From: Candidatus Altiarchaeota archaeon
Lineage (GTDB): Archaea > Altiarchaeota > Altiarchaeia > IMC4 > SCGC-AAA252-I15
DNA length: 64,000 bases
Assembly (NCBI GenBank): GCA_043800255.1
Contig: JAZDNF010000013.1
Location: 32,001-96,000 of the forward strand
Reading direction: 5' to 3'
Shown piece by piece: positions 42,916 through 49,830 of this stretch; the first letter of the stretch is position 1, and every line of letters starts with the position of its first letter. Made by a program: the position numbers and the translations under genes. The notes below the pieces were generated by a model. The model did not search any database. It saw only the letters and a list, made by a program, of their open reading frames with translations, and was not told the DNA's origin.

Positions 42916-43365
42916 ATGGCCAAGTTCGATGACCTGGACATCAAGATAATACGAGAATTGAAATGGGACTCCAGGCAAAGCTACAGGGACATCGCCAGAA
43001 AACTCGAAGTCGCTGAGGGAACAGTATACAACAGGATAAACAAGATGCGGGAGGGCGACCTCATAAAAGGCTTCATGGTCGACATAGACTACTCCAAACT
43101 AGGATACGACCTGACGGCGCTGATAGGCATAACAACTGAAGGCGGCTCCCTCCAGGAGGTCGAACAGGAGATCTCGAAAGAGCCCAGCATAAGCGCACTC
43201 TATGACGTCACGGGAGAATATGACGCACTGCTTGTCGCGAAGTTCAAGGACAGGGAAGGCCTGAACAATCTCGTGAAGAAGCTCCTGGCAATGCCTGAGA
43301 TAAAGAGGACCTACACGATGGTCGTCCTCAACGTCGTCAAAGAAGAGCACGGCATCAACGTATGA
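42916..43365 (+). CDS. Lrp/AsnC family regulator
   Basis: DDLDIKII..DSRQSYRDIA..GTVYNRI; YDVTGEYD. Confidence 0.95.
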   Translation: MAKFDDLDIKIIRELKWDSRQSYRDIARKLEVAEGTVYNRINKMREGDLIKGFMVDIDYSKLGYDLTALIGITTEGGSLQEVEQEISKEPSISALYDVTGEYDALLVAKFKDREGLNNLVKKLLAMPEIKRTYTMVVLNVVKEEHGINV

Positions 43366-44319
43366 TCATCCCATAATCTTCTCGAAAACCCTTATGCAGT
43401 CTGCCTGATCCAACGCAGACATCCTGAGCGGGGCGTAATCCTTCAGCTGATCGAAAATTTTTTCCAGGACATCAACGCCAACAGCATCCGTCTTGTTGAC
43501 GCACACAAAAATCTTCTGCTCGAACGTCTTCTGAACCTCGATCAGAAGTGAAATCTGCTGCCCGACATTCTCCGTCGGGTCCAGGATGAACAGGATGACG
43601 TCAGCAAGCTCGCCTATGGCGAGCAGAGCCTCCTGCTCGATCTTGTTCCGCTCAGCCATCGGCCGGTCAAGAAGCCCGGGCAGGTCGATCAGCTGCACGT
43701 TCTTGTACTTGATGTTCCTGTAGCCCATCTGGATTCTCTTCGTCGTGAACGGATACGAGTCGATCTCGACCTTCGAGCCGGTGAGGTTGCGCAAGAACGT
43801 CGACTTCCCCACATTGGGGTAGCCTGCGATGACCAGCGTCGGGAAATCCTTCACGACCGGGAAATCCTGCAGTATGCCCTTAATCTCTATCAGAGTGTCA
43901 AGGTCAGGCCCTATCTGCTTCACGAAAGAGGAGACCCTCCCCAAAAAACGCTTCGATGGAGCGCTATCACCCGTTTTTCGCAGTTCCCTGAGGGATGTGT
44001 TCGTCAGCCGCTTCAGACTCGTCGAACACCACTGGACAGCCCCGAGAGATTTTTTGAAAACATCCTTGTTCACTTTGATGTCAAGCAGCCGCTGATAGAA
44101 TGTGTCAAGCCGCTCATAGGATGGGAAATTCTTAACTATCGCGTCCAAGTCGGAGCAGATTATTTTTTCAACAGTCCTTACCCGCTCCTCCTCGGCCCTC
44201 TGCTCTTTGAACCTTTTTTTCTTTCCTGCTGATATTTTTTTCTTGTGCTCTTTCGAACCTTTGCGAAAAGATTTTTCAATCAGCTCGTCAGAAGTCGGAA
44301 TGTAGGGGAGTTTAAACAT
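43366..44319 (-). CDS. NOG1 family GTPase
   Basis: GYPNVGKS, YPFTTK, DLPGLLDRP..ERNKIE, NKTD. Confidence 0.93.
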   Translation of the reverse strand: MFKLPYIPTSDELIEKSFRKGSKEHKKKISAGKKKRFKEQRAEEERVRTVEKIICSDLDAIVKNFPSYERLDTFYQRLLDIKVNKDVFKKSLGAVQWCSTSLKRLTNTSLRELRKTGDSAPSKRFLGRVSSFVKQIGPDLDTLIEIKGILQDFPVVKDFPTLVIAGYPNVGKSTFLRNLTGSKVEIDSYPFTTKRIQMGYRNIKYKNVQLIDLPGLLDRPMAERNKIEQEALLAIGELADVILFILDPTENVGQQISLLIEVQKTFEQKIFVCVNKTDAVGVDVLEKIFDQLKDYAPLRMSALDQADCIRVFEKIMG

Positions 44320-44353
44320 TTTTATAATAATGAATTCAATTTATTAGCATAAA

Positions 44354-44452
44354 ATGGCTGCAAAAAAGAAAAAGGCCAAGAAAAAGGCTGTGAAGAGAAA
44401 GGCTAAGAAGAAAGTTAAGAGGACGGCCAAGAAGAAAAAGAGGAGGAGATAA
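44354..44452 (+). CDS. 32-aa Lys/Arg-rich histone-H1/protamine-like peptide (absent from ORF track)
   Basis: MAAKKKKAKKKAVKRKAKKKVKRTAKKKKRRR; TTTATAA upstream, T-rich tract downstream. Confidence 0.75.
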   Translation: MAAKKKKAKKKAVKRKAKKKVKRTAKKKKRRR

Positions 44453-44459
44453 AAAAACA

Positions 44460-44487
44460 TCTCTTCTTTTTTTACCCTTCTCTTTCC
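44460..44487 (+). terminator. Oligo-T/pyrimidine tract, archaeal terminator candidate
   Basis: TCTCTTCTTTTTTTACCCTTCTCTTTCC after the peptide stop. Confidence 0.45.
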
Positions 44488-44529
44488 CGAAAATTCTTTA
44501 TTTTTCAGTGCAGCATCCAATATTTTCTC

Positions 44530-45615
44530 ATGGAATCTATTGTCGCCATCTCAGACTCGCATCTCGGCTACCGCCACAGGTTCAAACTCAAGCGCCTGAA
44601 AGACTATGAGAAGGCGTTCAACGAGGCGCTCGCCAAGGCGCTCGACATCAAACCGGCTGTTATCGTCTTCTGCGGCGACCTCCTCCACCACACCAGGCCT
44701 GACCCCAAGAGCATGCGCATCCTGCTGCAGAACCTCATAAAGGCCGCTGAGAGTGCGCAAGTCGTCGTCTGCATCGGAAACCACGAGATAGCAGGCCACC
44801 TCGGGACAGCCTATTCTCCCATGTTCTCAGACCTTCACAGGAACATCCACGTCCTGACCTCGGAGAACCCCCACATCACGCTAACAGTCGATGGGAAGCA
44901 GATAGGCTTCCACGGCTTCCAGTACCTCAGGAGCAGGGAATCCGCGGAGGGCATGCTCGAGAGGATATCTACTCAGGTCTCCGGGAACGACTACAACATA
45001 TTATGCCTGCACCAGGCCGTTGAGAAGTACCTGAACCCCCATGAGATTTCCCTCAGGGTTCTGCGGGAGGTCGCGCCAAAGTATAATCTGATCCTGTTAG
45101 GCCACGTGCACAAGCACCAGAAGGTCGGCGAAGTCTTTGACATCACCCCAACATACTATGTCGGCTCTACTGAGAGAATAAGCTTCAACGAATGGCAGAA
45201 CCAGAACGGCTTCATGGTCTTCAGAGAGTATAAGTTCGGCGAACCGGATTTCGTAAGCGTGTCATCAGCTTCCATCAAGAGGATCACAGCAGACTTGGGC
45301 GAGACAACCCCGAGCGAGATCAACAACTTCATCGACAGGAGCATAAACGATAGCAAAGGCGTCGATCTCCTGCAGATCAACATCAGTTCGAAAATGGCGG
45401 GGGACTTCTTCGACGTCAGGCAGGACTGGAGCGACTCCTACACCGACTTCACGGTATTGGACGTGAACATACAACCTTCTGGCGCGGACAGACGAGTCGA
45501 CTTCCAGAAGCTGCAGATAAACGAAGAGCTCATAAGAGAATACTTCAAGCAGACAGGCATGGAAGGGCAGAACGAGCTCCTAGAAACCTGCATGGAGCTG
45601 TACAGCGAGATTTAA
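44530..45615 (+). CDS. mre11: Mre11/SbcD-type DNA repair nuclease
   Basis: SDSHLGY, GDLLH, GNHE, LHQ, LGHVH, GSTERISF.E. Confidence 0.85.
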   Translation: MESIVAISDSHLGYRHRFKLKRLKDYEKAFNEALAKALDIKPAVIVFCGDLLHHTRPDPKSMRILLQNLIKAAESAQVVVCIGNHEIAGHLGTAYSPMFSDLHRNIHVLTSENPHITLTVDGKQIGFHGFQYLRSRESAEGMLERISTQVSGNDYNILCLHQAVEKYLNPHEISLRVLREVAPKYNLILLGHVHKHQKVGEVFDITPTYYVGSTERISFNEWQNQNGFMVFREYKFGEPDFVSVSSASIKRITADLGETTPSEINNFIDRSINDSKGVDLLQINISSKMAGDFFDVRQDWSDSYTDFTVLDVNIQPSGADRRVDFQKLQINEELIREYFKQTGMEGQNELLETCMELYSEI

Positions 45616-45654
45616 ACGCCGTTATTTAATTCAGAACATTGTATAGTTTATACC

Positions 45655-48600
45655 ATGTCTAAGGTCACTGAAAAGGATCTAGCAAACGAGAGGCAGAGAT
45701 TAACCGACGTTCTTAGAAAAATCGCCTTGAAAGCAGACATGCCCATAAAGAAGGCCCTTGACGTAAAATACCCTGACCCTGAGGTAGGCACCCTGAACTA
45801 CGCCCTCGCTAGGTCTAAAATCGTCCCGACAAAGGATGTCTGCCCCCACGAGGAGACAATCGAGGCGGCAGTTTGGAGCATACGAAATATGATGGTGAGG
45901 ACGGAATCGTCTGACAAACCAATCATCGTTACAAGCAAACGCAAGAACGGCGAGACCATAAAAGATCCCAAGACAGGGAGAACAAAGTACGTAATATTAG
46001 ACGGCATGCACCGATCTGATGCTATGAAGAGAACAGGATGCGAAGACAGTCTCGTGTTTGATATCGACTATGAGAGGGAGGCTGAACTGCATGGCTGGGA
46101 TGAGATAGTAGAGAAAAGCAAACAGAATTCGGGTGTGAGCATATTGAATGTGGTAAAGGATACTGTAGAGACTATGAACAGGGATTCGGATCGAAAATTC
46201 AAAGTTGTCGAAGGCGATGACGATATTAAAACTCTTCACAAGCTGATGGATCCCAAGAGAGGGATGATTGCATTCGGAGTAATCGATGATAAGGGCAGGT
46301 CATATAAGGTGACATACAAGGACGACTCTGAGCTTGCTCTTAAGGATATTGTCAAGGTGATGAACTTATTTGACGAAAAACTTCGTGAGAAACTGGAGTC
46401 TGTGGATGACAACCCTAATGAGACGGTAAGGTTCTTCGGAGATGACAAGTCTGCAGACGAATTTAAGAAAAACAAAAGTCTTGCGCTTATCACAAGGCCG
46501 AGATTCTCCAAGGAAGAGGTCGTTGAGATGGCGCTCAAGGGGGAGAAGGTTCCGATGAAGACCACGAGGCACATATTCAAAATGCGGCCCCATATTAGAG
46601 TCCCACTGAAGCTTTTGCAGGATAAGTCAGTGCCCTATGCCGCAAAAACAAGACAACTTCACGAAGCCATGGAGAACGCCAGATATAGGTACTATCCTGA
46701 GGGTATCCTAGACTTTGCAGACATTGACGGAAAACTAGATGTTTCCGACAAGTACCTTGGCAAGGAGGAGATGGAACGTAAAAGACAGGAGCTTTTAGAT
46801 GACCGCAACAGGGACTGGGCTAAAGAGTTTAAGCAAACCCATGAGTACAGGGTCGCAGGTTCCACAAAGGACGTCTACCACAGGAGCCCGGAATTCCAAG
46901 AACTCTACAAGAGCGTTGAGGGGGGGATAAAATGGCTCCTAAATCCAAAGTGGTATACAACGCAGGATAAATCCCAGGCTTTCATAATCAACGCTGAAAC
47001 AACAGTAGCAATGGGGCGGGCCGCATTGTACAGCCTTAGTGAAGGAGAGAGGATTCTCCACATAGATGCAGGCACTTTTGGAAAGAGATGGCACAATGAG
47101 ATCAATAATGAATCAAAGATTAGATCAAATGTATTTGAGATCATACCAGGAACCAAGATAACAGAAGAGATCTTAGCTAATTTAAAAAAGGAGATTAAAG
47201 ACGGGGGATATAGTGCCGTTACAGCCGTGCACAATGAGACATCAACTGGGATGGAGCTTCCCATAAGCACGTTCTCAAAGGTCATAAAGGAGGTCGAAAA
47301 GGAAACAGGCAGGGAGATACTATTTTTGGTAGACGCTGCAAGCTCCCTTGGAGGGATGCCAATACCTAATGTTGAGGATATAGATGTCTTGATTAGCGGC
47401 ATCGAAAAATGCTTCCAATGCAACGCTGGATTATCGCTTATAGTCATGAGGTCGAGAGCGCTTGAGAAAGCTAAGAAGTCGATATTGTATAAGGGCGGGA
47501 CTGGTTTCGAAAGATTGAAGGAATATGCGGACAAAAACCAGACGGTTGGGACTCCAGAATACACTCAGATTAAGCAACTCCACGAGGTACTGTGTGAGAT
47601 AGGAGGGTACATATCACTTGATGGTAGATACTATCCTGGAGAGGGAGTAGAAAAAAGATATGAACGCATTAAGGACTTGGCTAGGGTAACAGAAGAGTGG
47701 GCTGAAAAGAGCGGCTTCGGCTTGTTCGCTCCGGAAGGGTTTAGATCATCAACAGTCACCACAATAACAACAGCCGGTATGAACGTCTCACCAGAGATTG
47801 TAAAAGATAGGATAAAAGCTAACTTTGGTATTGAACTTTCCCCAGGCCATAGGGAATTAAAAGAAAAGGAGCAAAAAATTGATCTGTTGAGGGTAACGCA
47901 TTTTGGCGCTAAAGGATTGCCTGAGCTTGTGGATAAGGAACTTAATTTAATTTCGATTGTAGTAAAGGATGAGATAAGGCAGAAGGCTGCCAGGGGCGAG
48001 GTTATTGGGGAAGACGCTGCCAGTAAGATAGGGAAGCTTGATGCTGGAATCAAATTCCTTATGGATCTTAGAATACGTAGAGGGAGCAGCAACATTACGC
48101 TAAGTAGACGGCAGGAAGTAGATAATATGCGTTTTGAGAAGAAATCAGAGGCTGAAAATCTAGGGCTCAATCCAAATATTTTCTCGAGGGATGGGTGGCC
48201 GCTAGTGACAGCTGGGGTAAACTTGGACCGACTAAACGAGAAGGATAAGGAACGTATCTCCTATCATTCCGATTTGCTGATACAATTAGGAGCGAAGACC
48301 GCCGCAATCGGGGCAGACCCGAAAGTCCTATTCGAGGAAAGTTTTCACAGGCTTGGCGAAGTCATAAGCTTGGATAATCCAGAAAATTTTGAACTCGCCT
48401 GTGATATCGGATTAAAAGCAGTTGCTGCAGGCGTAGATCCAAACAAGATATTTACGTATGCACATGATCTCAAGGGGATCATAGACCACGATAGAGGTGG
48501 GTTGAAGACTGCCATCCATCAGTTGATTGTCATGGCGTCAAGCGTTGTCGGAAAATTTGAACTCGATGACGTGTATTCGGCATCTGTGATGGGAATGAGA

Positions 48601-49830
48601 GATCACATAAAGGATGTTGATGACCTTCAGGTGGTATGGGGCATCGTGAAAAAATCGGCTGAATCCAATTTGAACCCAACTGATGTCTTCAAGCACATCT
48701 CTGGAGTAAGTACTGACGTCTGGAAGAAGAAAGAGTTGACAGATGTGTCGGATAGCATAATCGAATGCCATAAGATTGGGAGTCGAGTTGGAATAGACGT
48801 GCACCGACTTCTGGAGTCAGAAATAATTCCGGCAGGAATCCATAAGAGTGCGTCTGCATTATCTGAGACCTTCTCGGCGTTGTCAACAGTCTTACAATCA
48901 GAGGAGAGATACGGACTACCGCCCCGAATATTAATTGAAAATGCATTACCAGCCATGTCACACATTATAGCAAAAGACCCTGAGAAATTTGTAAAAGTTG
49001 TTAAATTAGTCGATAAATTCGGACAAGACATAAAAACCGGAGGTCATGACATAAATCGTGCCATGAGAAAGCAGGAGGGGGGCTTGCTCGGCTGTCTGGA
49101 CACCGTAGGAAGTGTCGAAAATTTTAGTGAATTACTCGACCTGTATCGTCTGACGCTTGACAATGGCAAACGGCCGAAAGATTGGATTTCACACTTCTCA
49201 GAAATCAAAGAAACTCTTACAACGGAAGAAGACATGGGTAAGATACTCAAACTGGGAAATAAGGCGACAGCAGCAGGACATGACCCTGCAGGACTGTTCA
49301 AGGAGCTGTCAAAGTTAAGGAAATTCCTCTCGGATAGTAGTAGCATAGACTTATGCGTTGATTACGGCAATGCAGCGATAGAGTCGGGGAATAATCCAAG
49401 CGCATCATTTAATACAATCTTCCAGATGAGAGGAATCGCAAAAAGCGGCGACCATTTCAACAGCTTATTAGTCTCTGGGGGGGAGATGTACCGGGGGGGC
49501 ATTCCCGTGGACCTTATCATGCGCTTCGGCCTAGACAAACTATCGGATATAGTGAGAGAAGCAGACGACATTATGGACATAAACGCTGAATTGAGCGGCA
49601 TATACTCCAAGGTCCATGCTGTGGGAGCCGATGCAGACGGCGTGTTCAAGGACAAATTCCAGAAGATTACGAATTTGATTATAGATGTTGACGGCCTCCG
49701 TATGCTGAACAGGGAATTTGCTAAGAGGTCCTCACCATCAGAGATAGAGAGACTGTTCACAGATATTCGCAGAGTAAAGATGGAGTATATGGGAGTGGAC
49801 AACATAAAAGACATCCTGAGGAACATCTAG
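45655..49830 (+). CDS. Fusion: SerK-like ParB/Srx kinase + class V PLP aminotransferase + helical repeat tail
   Basis: CPHEE, ILDGMHR, FSKEEVV..KTTRH; HRSPEF, VHNETSTG, VDAASSLGG, SGIEKCF, RVTHFG; recurring G.DP..(L/I/V)F units. Confidence 0.85.
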   Translation: MSKVTEKDLANERQRLTDVLRKIALKADMPIKKALDVKYPDPEVGTLNYALARSKIVPTKDVCPHEETIEAAVWSIRNMMVRTESSDKPIIVTSKRKNGETIKDPKTGRTKYVILDGMHRSDAMKRTGCEDSLVFDIDYEREAELHGWDEIVEKSKQNSGVSILNVVKDTVETMNRDSDRKFKVVEGDDDIKTLHKLMDPKRGMIAFGVIDDKGRSYKVTYKDDSELALKDIVKVMNLFDEKLREKLESVDDNPNETVRFFGDDKSADEFKKNKSLALITRPRFSKEEVVEMALKGEKVPMKTTRHIFKMRPHIRVPLKLLQDKSVPYAAKTRQLHEAMENARYRYYPEGILDFADIDGKLDVSDKYLGKEEMERKRQELLDDRNRDWAKEFKQTHEYRVAGSTKDVYHRSPEFQELYKSVEGGIKWLLNPKWYTTQDKSQAFIINAETTVAMGRAALYSLSEGERILHIDAGTFGKRWHNEINNESKIRSNVFEIIPGTKITEEILANLKKEIKDGGYSAVTAVHNETSTGMELPISTFSKVIKEVEKETGREILFLVDAASSLGGMPIPNVEDIDVLISGIEKCFQCNAGLSLIVMRSRALEKAKKSILYKGGTGFERLKEYADKNQTVGTPEYTQIKQLHEVLCEIGGYISLDGRYYPGEGVEKRYERIKDLARVTEEWAEKSGFGLFAPEGFRSSTVTTITTAGMNVSPEIVKDRIKANFGIELSPGHRELKEKEQKIDLLRVTHFGAKGLPELVDKELNLISIVVKDEIRQKAARGEVIGEDAASKIGKLDAGIKFLMDLRIRRGSSNITLSRRQEVDNMRFEKKSEAENLGLNPNIFSRDGWPLVTAGVNLDRLNEKDKERISYHSDLLIQLGAKTAAIGADPKVLFEESFHRLGEVISLDNPENFELACDIGLKAVAAGVDPNKIFTYAHDLKGIIDHDRGGLKTAIHQLIVMASSVVGKFELDDVYSASVMGMRDHIKDVDDLQVVWGIVKKSAESNLNPTDVFKHISGVSTDVWKKKELTDVSDSIIECHKIGSRVGIDVHRLLESEIIPAGIHKSASALSETFSALSTVLQSEERYGLPPRILIENALPAMSHIIAKDPEKFVKVVKLVDKFGQDIKTGGHDINRAMRKQEGGLLGCLDTVGSVENFSELLDLYRLTLDNGKRPKDWISHFSEIKETLTTEEDMGKILKLGNKATAAGHDPAGLFKELSKLRKFLSDSSSIDLCVDYGNAAIESGNNPSASFNTIFQMRGIAKSGDHFNSLLVSGGEMYRGGIPVDLIMRFGLDKLSDIVREADDIMDINAELSGIYSKVHAVGADADGVFKDKFQKITNLIIDVDGLRMLNREFAKRSSPSEIERLFTDIRRVKMEYMGVDNIKDILRNI
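48270..49700 (+). repeat. Degenerate protein-level tandem repeats of about 37-44 aa
   Basis: AIGADPKVLF, AAGVDPNKIF, ESNLNPTDVF, RVGIDVHRLL, RYGLPPRILI, AAGHDPAGLF, ESGNNPSASF, AVGADADGVF. Confidence 0.65.

Noticed and set aside
45655-47980. Dnd/Ssp phosphorothioation system (ParB-like DndB plus class V DndA)
   Set aside because: The PLP domain lacks the cysteine-desulfurase SGSAC-type loop and ends like SGAT (RVTHFG). The ParB-like part has SerK-type KTTRH. No dndC/D/E genes are nearby.
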